Position numbers and translations under genes: made by a program. A stretch of DNA of 64,000 nucleotides from Methylotetracoccus sp. Lineage in GTDB: Bacteria; Pseudomonadota; Gammaproteobacteria; Methylococcales; Methylococcaceae. Positions 47,448 to 57,140 of the stretch are shown piece by piece. The notes under the pieces are model-generated. The model was not told the DNA's origin. It saw nothing but the letters and a program-made list of their open reading frames with translations, and did not search any database. The DNA is taken from positions 47,808 through 111,807 of the forward strand of contig JAXMGB010000012.1 in NCBI GenBank assembly GCA_046347485.1. Reading direction: 5' to 3'. The number at the start of each line of letters is the position of its first letter. Positions within the stretch are counted from its first letter, which is position 1.

Positions 47448-49053
47448 GATGGGTCTCCGCCCTGTGTATCGGCAATGCGATGTGCCATGTGACGCCATGC
47501 TCACCCGAGGATTGCAGAGTCATCCGCCCGCCATGAGCCTCGACGATCGTACGGCAAATCGATAAACCGAGACCGATTCCATCGGGTTTCGTCGTCAGAA
47601 ACGGCTCGAACAAATGCTGGGCGATTTCCTGCGCGAAACCGGGACCGCTATCGCTGATGCCGACCTCGACCTGTTGCGCCGCCGCACTCGACGCCCAGAT
47701 ACGCAGCTCGCGCCGGCCTACGTCGTCCGCCGCCATCGCATCGATCGCATTCAGGACCAGATTCAGAACGAGTTGCTGCAGGTAAATCGACTGCCCCCAG
47801 ACCGGGGGAAGTCCCGGCTGTATATTCAGCCGCAACCGTATTCGCTTGCGCTGCAGCTCACCGTGCACGAGTGGCAGCACCTCGCGGATGATGGCCTCCA
47901 GATCGACCCATTCGCGTTGCAGTTCGTGCTTGCGGACCAGATCGCGAATACCGGCAACGACCTCGCCGGCGCGAGTCGACAGCTTCAACATGTTCGTCAT
48001 GACCTCGCCGAGCGCCGGGTTCGCCTCGAGCAAGTCGCGGAATCGCAGCGTCGCGCCCCCCGCGTAATTGGCGATCGCCCCCAAAGGCTGATTCAGTTCG
48101 TGCGCCATCGTCGCAACCAGTTCGCCGGCGGTCGTCAGCCTCTGGGCGTAGCACAACTCATCCTGCTGCTGTTGCAGCCGTTCCTCCAGCTCCTTGCGAG
48201 CCGTGATGTCCATGTGCGTGCCAGCGGCCCGCAACGGGGTTCCGTCCGGTTCCCGATCGAAGACCTTGCCGCGCGTCAATACCCATCGCCAGCGACCGTC
48301 CTTCATCAACAAGCGATGTTCGACCTCGTAAGTCTCGGCCGTTCCATCGAGATGCGCATTCAGCCGGTCCATGACGGTAGGCAGGTCATCGGGATGGATC
48401 AACCCCAACCACTGGTCGAACTGTGGACGAATCTCGTCCAGCGAGTAACCGAGCATCGTCGCCCAACGTTCGTTGAACACTGCGATCCCGGTCTTCACGT
48501 TCCAATCCCAAAGCCCGAGATCGGCACCGGTCACCGCCAGGTCCAGACGTTCCTCACTGGCCCTGAGTGCCATCTCGGCGGTCCTGCGTTCGCTCGCCTC
48601 GCTCTCGAGCCGTTCGACGGCGCCGCGATGCCGGGAAATTTCGTCGCTGAGCTTGCCGTTGACGACCGCCAGTTCGGACGGGGTCGGAATCTTCAGCGCT
48701 CGCGGCATGACCAACCACAAGGAGACCGCGGTCGCCATCGACAACACCGCGGTTGCGGCCTTCAGCAGCCCCTGAACACCGTAGTGCGGATGCCACAAGG
48801 TCCAGACGTCGAACACATGAGTCGTGCCGCAAGCCAGAATGAACGCGGCAAACAGAATCAGGACCCAGCGATATAGAAAGTCGCGGCGGCGAAGGACGAA
48901 ATAGGCGAGCGCGAACGGGATCGAGTAATAGGACGCGGCGATCAGCGAATCCGAGATCAGATGCAGGCTCAACAGCCCTTCGTCCCACAGGAAACACATC
49001 CCATGGGGCATGAGGTCCCGGCGCGACAAGCCGCCCAGCAAGTTGTCGAACAT
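47437..49053 (-). CDS. Sensor histidine kinase: ETR1-like ethylene-binding TM domain + PAS + HisKA/HATPase
   Basis: SDSLIAASYYSIP and FAAFILACGTTH; PAS IHPDD; AHELNQPL, NLVLNAIDA, DSGPG, GIGLGL. Confidence 0.9.
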   Translation of the reverse strand: MFDNLLGGLSRRDLMPHGMCFLWDEGLLSLHLISDSLIAASYYSIPFALAYFVLRRRDFLYRWVLILFAAFILACGTTHVFDVWTLWHPHYGVQGLLKAATAVLSMATAVSLWLVMPRALKIPTPSELAVVNGKLSDEISRHRGAVERLESEASERRTAEMALRASEERLDLAVTGADLGLWDWNVKTGIAVFNERWATMLGYSLDEIRPQFDQWLGLIHPDDLPTVMDRLNAHLDGTAETYEVEHRLLMKDGRWRWVLTRGKVFDREPDGTPLRAAGTHMDITARKELEERLQQQQDELCYAQRLTTAGELVATMAHELNQPLGAIANYAGGATLRFRDLLEANPALGEVMTNMLKLSTRAGEVVAGIRDLVRKHELQREWVDLEAIIREVLPLVHGELQRKRIRLRLNIQPGLPPVWGQSIYLQQLVLNLVLNAIDAMAADDVGRRELRIWASSAAAQQVEVGISDSGPGFAQEIAQHLFEPFLTTKPDGIGLGLSICRTIVEAHGGRMTLQSSGEHGVTWHIALPIHRAETHHGV

Positions 49054-49233
49054 CGCCCGCTGTCTCCGCGAGTCTTCCGGCTGCGGCGCGGCGGCTGGCC
49101 CCCACCCAGCCAGGCACGACGTCCGCGGCAATGTGACGTCTAGTACGATTCCATCATGTCGCGCCGGCGCCGATCAAGCCCGAGCAGCATAGGCGGCACC
49201 GGCGGCCGACGACATGCGCGACCATCGACTGAT

Positions 49234-49632
49234 TCAGCTCTGCTCCCACGGAAGGCCCCGAAAACGCCATCCGCCCACCGTTCCGCGGTGCTTGGCGGGA
49301 TCGAGCGGGCCCTCGAACCCCTCATCGATGTTGGCGAGGTTCCGATAACCGGCGGCCAAAAGCGCCCGCGCCGCATCCATCGAGCGCTGGCCACTGCGGC
49401 ACATCACCAGGATCGGCCGGTCGAACTCTACCGCGACGCAGCGGACATCGTCCAGGAAATGCGTGTTCGGGGCCCAGTCCGGCGCGGTTTTCCATGGAAT
49501 GTTCACGGCGCCGACCGGATGGCCGACAAAGGCGAACTCCAGCGGGTCGCGCACATCGAGCAACAGGCTTCGGGGATCCCGCTGGATGCTCTCCCAGGCC
49601 TCGACGGGCCCGATTCGGGTGATCTCGGTCAT
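49234..49632 (-). CDS. Rhodanese-like domain protein
   Basis: LLDVR, GHPVGAVNIP, CRSGQRS, GFEG; GGAGG RBS. Confidence 0.9.
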   Translation of the reverse strand: MTEITRIGPVEAWESIQRDPRSLLLDVRDPLEFAFVGHPVGAVNIPWKTAPDWAPNTHFLDDVRCVAVEFDRPILVMCRSGQRSMDAARALLAAGYRNLANIDEGFEGPLDPAKHRGTVGGWRFRGLPWEQS

Positions 49633-49648
49633 CGTTTGCCTCCGGTGA

Positions 49649-50239
49649 TCATTCAGCCGCTCGTTGTCCGACAAAATAGGCCTCGTCCCTACGGCCGGCA
49701 TCCGGGTCGCCACAGCGCGCGTCCTCGCGGTAAAACCGCACGATCAACGGCGCGAACATTCGTAGCAGCTCATTCTCCTCGAGCAGGAATTCGGCCGATA
49801 CCGGACCGGCCGACCCGGGCCTTGCTCGCACGAAAGTCTGGTAGTACAGCAACCCACCCGGCTTGAGTGCCGCGATGATCGAACCCGTGAGCTCTCGCTG
49901 CAGAAAGCGGGATACGACGATGAGGTCGAAACGGCGCCGGGGCCACTCGATGCGCCCGACGTCACGGACCTCAGCCTTCACGTACCCCTCCCGTTCGAAC
50001 GAGCTGCGGGTCAGCGCGGCGATCGCAACCGCGGAAATGTCCCACGCGGTGACCGAGAAACCGCGTCCGGCAAGATACAGCGCGTTGCCACCACGCCCGC
50101 AAGCCAGATCGAGCGCCTCCCCGCAACGCGGCAACAAGTGCGAATTGGCCTCCAGAACCCAGGCGGGCTGCGGCGGAGTATCGGAATCAAGCCCCGCAAG
50201 GTAGCGCGCATCCCACTTGGCGGCCGCGGAATCGCTCAC
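49649..50239 (-). CDS. Class I SAM-dependent methyltransferase (TehB-like)
   Basis: KWDARY, ALDLACGRGGN, FDLIVV, LKPGG. Confidence 0.88.
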   Translation of the reverse strand: MSDSAAAKWDARYLAGLDSDTPPQPAWVLEANSHLLPRCGEALDLACGRGGNALYLAGRGFSVTAWDISAVAIAALTRSSFEREGYVKAEVRDVGRIEWPRRRFDLIVVSRFLQRELTGSIIAALKPGGLLYYQTFVRARPGSAGPVSAEFLLEENELLRMFAPLIVRFYREDARCGDPDAGRRDEAYFVGQRAAE

Positions 50240-51624
50240 GCCCGCCGCGCTTGTGGCATGAAACTGTCGATCTGGAACATCTGTTCGATGACCGGGATCA
50301 GTTTTTTATCAAGCAGGAACATGATGACGTGATCGCCTTCCTGAATAACCGTGTCGTGATGGACCTGAATCACGTCGTCGCCACGAACCAGTGCGCCCAT
50401 GACGACCCCCGGTGGCATCTTGATGCGGTCGATCGGAATACCGACCACGCGCGATGTCCCCGGTTGGCCATGGGCGATCGCCTCGATCGCCTCCGCGGCC
50501 CCGTGACGCAGGGAATAGACCCTGACGGCGTCACAGCGACGGATGTGGCGCAACAGCGCGCCGATCGTCGACTGTTGCGGCGAGATCACCAGGTCGACCA
50601 GATTGTTGCCAATGAGGTCGGCATAAGCCGTCTTGTTGATCAGGCTGATCACCCTGCGCGCGCCCAGTCGCCGGGCCAGCATCGCCGACAGGATATTGGC
50701 CTCGTCGTCGTTCGTGATCGAACAGAATACGTCCGTGTTCTCGATATTCTCGCTGATCAGCAACTCCTTGTCCGAGGCATCGCCGAGCAGGACGACGGTG
50801 TTCGTCAGGTCGCCGGCGATCTTCTTGGCACGTTTTGGATCCTTCTCGATGACCTTGACCTGATAGCGGTTCTCCAAGGCCTGGGCGACGCGCTTGCCGA
50901 TGTGCCCCCCGCCGGCGAACATCAAGCGCTTGTAGGGCTTCTCGACTTCCCGCAATTCGCTCATGACATCCTTGATCTCTTCGCTGGACGCGACGAAGAA
51001 CACCTCGTCGTTGGCCTGTATCGTCTCCCTCCCGTTCGGGATGACCGGCTGCCCCTGACGGAAGATCGCGGTGATTCGGGCATGCACATTCGGCATGTGT
51101 TGATGCAGTTCGCGTATCTCGCGACCGACCAACGGCCCGCCTTGCAGCGCGCGCACCGAAGCGAGCCGCACCTTGCCATCGGCGAAGTCCAGGACCTGGG
51201 ACGCGCCAGGATATTCGAGGAGTCGTTCGATGAACTGCGTGATGATCTGTTCGGGACTGATCACGACGTCGATAGGGATCGCGTCCTGGGCGAAGATCTC
51301 CGGATAGCTGAGATACTCGAGCGCACGGACCCTGGCGATCTTCTTCGGGATCTTGAACAGCGCGTCGGCTATCTGGCAGGCCAGCATGTTCGTTTCGTCG
51401 TCGCTGGTCACGGCGATCAGCATGTCGGTTTCGTCGGCTCCGGCGCGCTTCAGCACGGTCGGATGCGCAGCGTTGCCCTGGACGATGCCGATGTCGTAGC
51501 GATCCTGCAAATCCCTGAGCAGATGGGATTGCGTATCGACGACGACGATGTCGTTGCGTTCGCTGGCCAGGCTCGCGAGCACGCTGGTGCCGACCTGCCC
51601 TGCCCCGAGAATTATGATTTTCAT
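50236..51624 (-). CDS. trkA: Trk potassium uptake regulatory subunit TrkA
   Basis: MKIIILGAGQVG, two RCK_N/RCK_C pairs, GAAEAIEAIAHG. Confidence 0.95.
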   Translation of the reverse strand: MKIIILGAGQVGTSVLASLASERNDIVVVDTQSHLLRDLQDRYDIGIVQGNAAHPTVLKRAGADETDMLIAVTSDDETNMLACQIADALFKIPKKIARVRALEYLSYPEIFAQDAIPIDVVISPEQIITQFIERLLEYPGASQVLDFADGKVRLASVRALQGGPLVGREIRELHQHMPNVHARITAIFRQGQPVIPNGRETIQANDEVFFVASSEEIKDVMSELREVEKPYKRLMFAGGGHIGKRVAQALENRYQVKVIEKDPKRAKKIAGDLTNTVVLLGDASDKELLISENIENTDVFCSITNDDEANILSAMLARRLGARRVISLINKTAYADLIGNNLVDLVISPQQSTIGALLRHIRRCDAVRVYSLRHGAAEAIEAIAHGQPGTSRVVGIPIDRIKMPPGVVMGALVRGDDVIQVHHDTVIQEGDHVIMFLLDKKLIPVIEQMFQIDSFMPQARRA

Positions 51625-51678
51625 CGATTTAAGCCGAAAAAGCGGAAGCGCCACTCAAAGCCGGGAGGCGTCCGCGAA

Positions 51679-53043
51679 TCAGCGTCGCTCCTTGAAGTTC
51701 ACGCCAAGCGAATTCAGCTTGCGATACAGATGCGTACGCTCGAGCCCGATCGCCTGCGACAATCGAGCGACGTTGCCGCCGTATTTTTCCAGATGATACT
51801 CGAGATAGGCCTTCTCGAACTGATCGCGAGCTTCCTTCAGAGGCAAGCCGAAAAAGTCCGGCTGTCCTTCCGGACGCGCGAGATTCATCGCCTCGCCCAG
51901 GGCCGAGCGCACTTCGTCCAGTGAGACCTCGCCACCTGCCCCAAGGATCATCAAGCGCTGAACAAGGTTCTTCAGTTCGCGAATGTTGCCGGGCCAGGAA
52001 TAATTGCGCAGGAAATTCTGCACCGCGACGGGGAAACGGCGAAACGGAATCTTCTCCCGCGTCACGAAATGATCGACATACATGCCCAGGAGCTCCGGTA
52101 TGTCTTCCGTGTGCTCGCGCAGCGGCGGGATCTTCAAGGTCACCGCGTTCAGCAGGTACAGCAGTTCGCGACGGAAATTGCCGGCCCGTACCTCCTCCTC
52201 GAGGACCTTGCGCGAGGACGCGATTACACGTACGTCGACGTTGATCGGGTCGCTGCCGCCTACACGCGAGAAGGCCCGCGACTCCAGCGTGCTCAGCAGG
52301 CGCAATTGAGTCTCGTCGTCCATGTCGGCGACTTCGTCGAGAAACAGGGTGCCGCCGTGTGCCTGCTCGAGTAGCCCACGATGGATCTGGCCGGCGGATT
52401 CGCGGCCAAAAAACTCGATCGCCGAATGGTCCGGCGCCAGCGTACCCACACCGACATCAATGAATGGACCGTCGCGACGCGGACTCATCGCATGAAGGTA
52501 ACGCGCGAATGTCTCCTTGCCGCAACCAGGCTCACCGAGCAGCAGGACGCGCGCATCGTGCTGCGCGACCTTCTTGATCTGCTCGCGCAACCGCTCCATG
52601 GCGGCGCTCTTGCCGACCGGTTCCACGACCGGTTCGACGCGCCGCCGCAGGCCGAGATTCTCGCGCCTGAGGCGCGCACTCTCCAGCGCACGCTCGACGG
52701 TCACGAGCAGTTTCGCCATCGACAGCGGTTTTTCCAGGAAATCGTGCGCACCGAGCCGCGTTGCCTCGACTGCGGTTTCGATCGTCGCGTGTCCGGACAT
52801 CATGATGACCGGACAGGTCACGTGGCCGCTGCGCATCCAGTCCTTCAGCAGCGTGATGCCATCCTCGTCGGGCATCCAGATGTCGAGCAGGATCAGGTCG
52901 GGTAACTGTTCGTTCAGATACTTGCGTGCGGCGCACCCATCCTCAGCGCTCGCGACCTCATAGCCTTCGTCTTGGAGGATCTCCGACAGCAATTGTCGGA
53001 TATCCGGTTCGTCGTCAACGACCAGAATCGTGGACTTAGTCAC
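51679..53043 (-). CDS. ntrX: NtrX-like REC-AAA+-HTH response regulator
   Basis: LLDIWMP, GEPGCGKE, LFLDEV, WPGNIREL, ERTHLYRKL; conserved gene context. Confidence 0.88.
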   Translation of the reverse strand: MTKSTILVVDDEPDIRQLLSEILQDEGYEVASAEDGCAARKYLNEQLPDLILLDIWMPDEDGITLLKDWMRSGHVTCPVIMMSGHATIETAVEATRLGAHDFLEKPLSMAKLLVTVERALESARLRRENLGLRRRVEPVVEPVGKSAAMERLREQIKKVAQHDARVLLLGEPGCGKETFARYLHAMSPRRDGPFIDVGVGTLAPDHSAIEFFGRESAGQIHRGLLEQAHGGTLFLDEVADMDDETQLRLLSTLESRAFSRVGGSDPINVDVRVIASSRKVLEEEVRAGNFRRELLYLLNAVTLKIPPLREHTEDIPELLGMYVDHFVTREKIPFRRFPVAVQNFLRNYSWPGNIRELKNLVQRLMILGAGGEVSLDEVRSALGEAMNLARPEGQPDFFGLPLKEARDQFEKAYLEYHLEKYGGNVARLSQAIGLERTHLYRKLNSLGVNFKERR

Positions 53044-55240
53044 TCGTCGCTCCCACAGTTGCGCGCGTGTTTTGGGCCGGAGCCCGAGAGGCGATCGGCA
53101 GGCGAATCACGAAGCGCGCGCCGCCCGGATCGGACGACTCGAGGCGGATGCTGCCACCGTGCTCCTCGATGATCTTCTTGACGATCGCCAACCCAAGACC
53201 TGTGCCTTTGGCCTTCGTCGTGACATATGGTTCGAAAATCCGGTCGGCCTGTTCGACAGGTATGCCCGGTCCGTCGTCCCAGAACACGAGCTCCACGTTC
53301 GATGCGCGCGCGTCGTCCGCCATCCGCGCAAGGATTCCGATCTTCCCGGGCCGCTCGGCTGGCGCGGCTTCCTGCGCATTCTTGATCAGATTGTGCAGCA
53401 CTTGGCGCATTCGAACGGGGTCTGCAACGATCCCGGGCAGGTCGGGTGCCAACGAAAGCTCGAATTCTAAACCACTCTGCGGCGGATAGAGGGCAACCAC
53501 CTCCTCGATCAGATCGGCAAGCTCGATCTGCTGCAACTGCATGATCGCCGGTCGCGCGTATTCGGCGAACGCGTTGACCATCGTTTTCATCGCCTCGACC
53601 TGCTGCACGATGGTGCGCGTCGCCCGGTCGAGGAAGTCGACCTCGACACCGCCAAGATGCTCGCTGAGCTTCAGTTTCAGCCGCTCCGCCGACAGCTGGA
53701 TCGGCGTCAGCGGATTCTTGATCTCGTGCGCCAGACGCCGCGCGACCTCACTCCAGGCCGCCTGTCGCTGGGCCTGAATCAGCGCCGTCATATCATCGAA
53801 AACGACGACCGCACCCTGCCAGCTGCCGTCGCGACCGAACAGCGGGGTGCCACGGCACAGCAGTTCCTGTCGACCCTTGGGTCCATGAAACGCGAATTCC
53901 TGCTGCCAGGCCTCCTCGTTACGGGCCAGACGCTTCTCGACGAGCAGCATGAGGTCACGCAGGTGCGGATGCGAGGCGCCGATTTCGGCAACCGAACGGC
54001 CGACGTTCGCACTGAGACCCGCGTGCAGTATCCAGTCCGCCGCGTGGTTGGCGGTCAGGATCCGCATCGACGCGTCGAAGCTGAGCACCCCCGATGACAG
54101 ATTGGCCAGGACCGTCTCGAGATAGGCCCGCTGGCGCTCGACCTCCCGCCGCGAGCGATGCGCCTCGTCGCGCGCGTCCGCGAGTTTCTGTGTCATCGCG
54201 TTGAACGACTCGACGAGGAAACCGAGCTCATCCCGCTGCTTGACCGGCAGTCGCTGCTCGTAACGGCCCTCGGCGACGGCGCGTGTACCCTGCGCGAGAT
54301 GGCGCACCGGTGCGACGATTCGACGAATGCTGATGAAGGCGACCCAGATTGCCGCCAGCAGGCTCAGCATCAGCACCAGGGACAGCGTCACCGAGAAGCT
54401 CTGCTTCAGCGAATTGCGCAGAAAACCGAGTTCCTTGTGCTGAATGTATGCGGACTCGACGGTCTCGGAAAGTTGTGACACCCGGACCGGCAAGGGGTAC
54501 AAGGCCTGCAGGAAATACGACGCGTCCTCCGACAAGGACGCCAGCGCCCGCACCTGCAAATGGCCTCGCGAGTCCGGTTCGAGCCCGATGAATGACTTTC
54601 CGGGCTTGACCTGCAGCAGGGTGCCGGCATCCGGCAGATCGGGGATGATCAGGCCCGGCTGCGGTCCGCTCGACGCGATGATCCGGCCCTGTTTCGAAAA
54701 CACGGTCAGTTCGCCTTCCTCGGCGCCGAGCCTCAGTTCGTCGAGCGTCAGCGCGATCTCAGGCAAGGACGAGGTTTCCAGTTGTCGTGCGCCCTGCTCG
54801 GTCTGCTTCAGGATCGCCCGCATCCGTTCGTCGATCGCCGCCTGTCCGAGTTGCAGGGCATCCTCCATCGCATTGTCGATTCGCACGTCGAACCAGCTGT
54901 CGATGCTGCGCTGCAGAAACTGCATCGAGAAATAGAACACGATCGACGCTGGCGTCAGCGTCAGCAGAATGAACAGGAAGACCATTCTCGCCGTCAGCGC
55001 CGAACCGGCGGCCCGGCTTCGCAGTTGCTTGATCAGCCAGAACAGGTTCATACCGACGAGAACGAGCAACAGCACCGTGCCCAGCGAGTTGCTCAGCAAT
55101 AGCAGGGTGTAGATCTCGCCGAGCTGCGACGAATCCTGCGTCGCCATGCTCATCAGATGCAGCGAGGTCATGATCGCCGCGAACAAGACGACGACGATCA
55201 GGCTCAGCGGCGGCTTCAGTCGGATTTTTCGAAAGACCAT
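53036..55240 (-). CDS. ntrY: NtrY-like HAMP-PAS sensor histidine kinase
   Basis: SIDSWF, HAMP, AWSEVARRLAHEIKNPLTPIQLSAERL, GTGLGL. Confidence 0.9.
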   Translation of the reverse strand: MVFRKIRLKPPLSLIVVVLFAAIMTSLHLMSMATQDSSQLGEIYTLLLLSNSLGTVLLLVLVGMNLFWLIKQLRSRAAGSALTARMVFLFILLTLTPASIVFYFSMQFLQRSIDSWFDVRIDNAMEDALQLGQAAIDERMRAILKQTEQGARQLETSSLPEIALTLDELRLGAEEGELTVFSKQGRIIASSGPQPGLIIPDLPDAGTLLQVKPGKSFIGLEPDSRGHLQVRALASLSEDASYFLQALYPLPVRVSQLSETVESAYIQHKELGFLRNSLKQSFSVTLSLVLMLSLLAAIWVAFISIRRIVAPVRHLAQGTRAVAEGRYEQRLPVKQRDELGFLVESFNAMTQKLADARDEAHRSRREVERQRAYLETVLANLSSGVLSFDASMRILTANHAADWILHAGLSANVGRSVAEIGASHPHLRDLMLLVEKRLARNEEAWQQEFAFHGPKGRQELLCRGTPLFGRDGSWQGAVVVFDDMTALIQAQRQAAWSEVARRLAHEIKNPLTPIQLSAERLKLKLSEHLGGVEVDFLDRATRTIVQQVEAMKTMVNAFAEYARPAIMQLQQIELADLIEEVVALYPPQSGLEFELSLAPDLPGIVADPVRMRQVLHNLIKNAQEAAPAERPGKIGILARMADDARASNVELVFWDDGPGIPVEQADRIFEPYVTTKAKGTGLGLAIVKKIIEEHGGSIRLESSDPGGARFVIRLPIASRAPAQNTRATVGATSD

Positions 55241-55842
55241 CGGTAGGCCGGACTGCCGAGATACCAGCTCGGCGAAAGATAGGCAAACGGGCGCAATGGC
55301 AGTGGCAGCGCTTCGATGTCGAGCCAGATCGAAAGACTCGCGCGGTAGCGCTGGTCCGCTTCGACTCGCGACGCGGGCATCACAGGAACCCCGCGAATCG
55401 AGCCCATCTCGGCGAGCAGTGCTTCGAGGCTCGCATAGCTCTGCGCAGGCCCTCGATCACTGTACTGCATCAGATACAGCTTGCCGAGCGGGTGATAGCG
55501 AATGTCGAGACGCTCCCGGAAATCCGCGATCCGTTCATTCCACCAGAAGCGGCGCTCGCGATCGACTGTACAGCGGATGACGAGGGTCAGAGGGACGCCG
55601 TTTGCCAGCGCTTCGATCGAGTCGGCACTGAAGGCATAGCGCGCATCGCCATCCAGCACATAAACCCCGCCAATCGGTCGCAGTTCGGCGCGCTCGACCG
55701 AGAAACCATCCCTCGCCTCGCTCGCTGCAACGGCGAATAGGGCTGCGGCGGCCACGAGCAATCGCCCCCAATGCCTTGGGCCGGCGGGGACGCTCGACCC
55801 GGTGTCCGTCGGGTGCCACCCTACCCCGGCCCCGATGCTCAC
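55216..55842 (-). CDS. DUF4390 domain protein
   Basis: ALANGVPL, YHPL, LDIEALPLPLRP; canonical position between rsmB and ntrY; GTG overlaps the rsmB stop. Confidence 0.85.
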   Translation of the reverse strand: MSIGAGVGWHPTDTGSSVPAGPRHWGRLLVAAAALFAVAASEARDGFSVERAELRPIGGVYVLDGDARYAFSADSIEALANGVPLTLVIRCTVDRERRFWWNERIADFRERLDIRYHPLGKLYLMQYSDRGPAQSYASLEALLAEMGSIRGVPVMPASRVEADQRYRASLSIWLDIEALPLPLRPFAYLSPSWYLGSPAYRWSFEKSD

Positions 55843-57140
55843 GGCGCCTTGCACAATGCGGCGTAGAAAAATCCGTCCATACCGTTCTCCCCGACCAGGA
55901 TCTGCCGGCCAGCACCGGCCGGGCGCCCCCAATCGACGGTGAGCGGCGCCACCCGCGCATCGGCGTGCCGCGACATGAACGACTGGATGGTACGCTCGTT
56001 CTCGTCGCGCAATACCGAGCAGGTGGCGTACAGCAGGCGGCCGCCAGGCCGCAGCGTCGGCCAGATGGCCGTTAGCAGGTCGAGTTGCCGAGTCGCGAGC
56101 GCCAGGATATCCGAGGCCTTGCGCAGCAGCTTGATATCGGGATGGCGCCGTATGACGCCGGTCGCAGAACATGGCGCATCCAGCAGCACGCGATCGAACT
56201 GTCGGCCATCCCACCAGTCGGACACGCGCGTCCCGTCGCCGACCACGACCGTCGCGGTCAGCCCGCCGCGCCGAAGATTGTCGAGGATCAGACGGGCGCG
56301 CTCCGGAGAAAGCTCCAGCGCGACGACTTCGCCGACATCCGGGCAGGTTTCGATCAGATGCGCCGTCTTGCCGCCCGGGGCCGCGCAGACGTCGAGCACG
56401 CGGTCACCCGGATTCACCTGCAACAGTTCCGCGGCGAGTTGCGGCGCTTCGTCCTGCACCGAGACGATCCCGTCGTGAAAACCGGGCAACGTGTCGACCG
56501 CGCAGGCCTCGTCGAGCAGCAGGGCATCGGCACAGTGCTGCCCCGGCCGAGCCGGATGGCCGGCCTCGCTCAATTGCCGCTGGTAATCCTCCCTGCGGAT
56601 CCGCTGCCGGTTCACGCGCAGGCTCATCGGCGGATGGCGGTTGTTCGCGGCGACCATGGCCTGCCACTCCTCCGGCCAGTCACGCTGCAACGCGGTCAGC
56701 AGCCATCGGGGATGGGCCGAACCCGCTTCGGCCTGCCGGCCGAGTTCGGCATCGAGCCGCGTTTGCTCCCGCAGGTAACCGCGCAACACCGCGTTCAGGA
56801 AGGGCTTGGCCCAAGGGGTCCGCTTCGCCGCGGCGACGGTCTCGCTGACTGCCGCGTGCGGCTGCACGCGCATGTGCCGGAGCTGGCACAGGCCGACCAG
56901 AGCGAGACTGCGGACGAAGGAGTCCTTCACTGGACGCGACGCCAAGCGACGCAGCAGGAAATCAAGCTCGACGTACCAGCGACAGACTTCAAACGCGAGC
57001 GCCTGAACGAAAGCGCGGTCCTTGGGGGAAATACTCCGCGGCGCCAGATCGATCAGCACCGCCGAAAGCGACTCGCCACCGACGGACACACGTTCGACCG
57101 CACCCGCGGCAAGCGCGCGCGCGTTGTCCTGCTCAGTCAC
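55839..57140 (-). CDS. rsmB: 16S rRNA m5C967 methyltransferase
   Basis: NusB-like N-terminus, VQDEA, DVCAAPGGKT, DAPCSATG, YATCS. Confidence 0.95.
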   Translation of the reverse strand: MTEQDNARALAAGAVERVSVGGESLSAVLIDLAPRSISPKDRAFVQALAFEVCRWYVELDFLLRRLASRPVKDSFVRSLALVGLCQLRHMRVQPHAAVSETVAAAKRTPWAKPFLNAVLRGYLREQTRLDAELGRQAEAGSAHPRWLLTALQRDWPEEWQAMVAANNRHPPMSLRVNRQRIRREDYQRQLSEAGHPARPGQHCADALLLDEACAVDTLPGFHDGIVSVQDEAPQLAAELLQVNPGDRVLDVCAAPGGKTAHLIETCPDVGEVVALELSPERARLILDNLRRGGLTATVVVGDGTRVSDWWDGRQFDRVLLDAPCSATGVIRRHPDIKLLRKASDILALATRQLDLLTAIWPTLRPGGRLLYATCSVLRDENERTIQSFMSRHADARVAPLTVDWGRPAGAGRQILVGENGMDGFFYAALCKAP

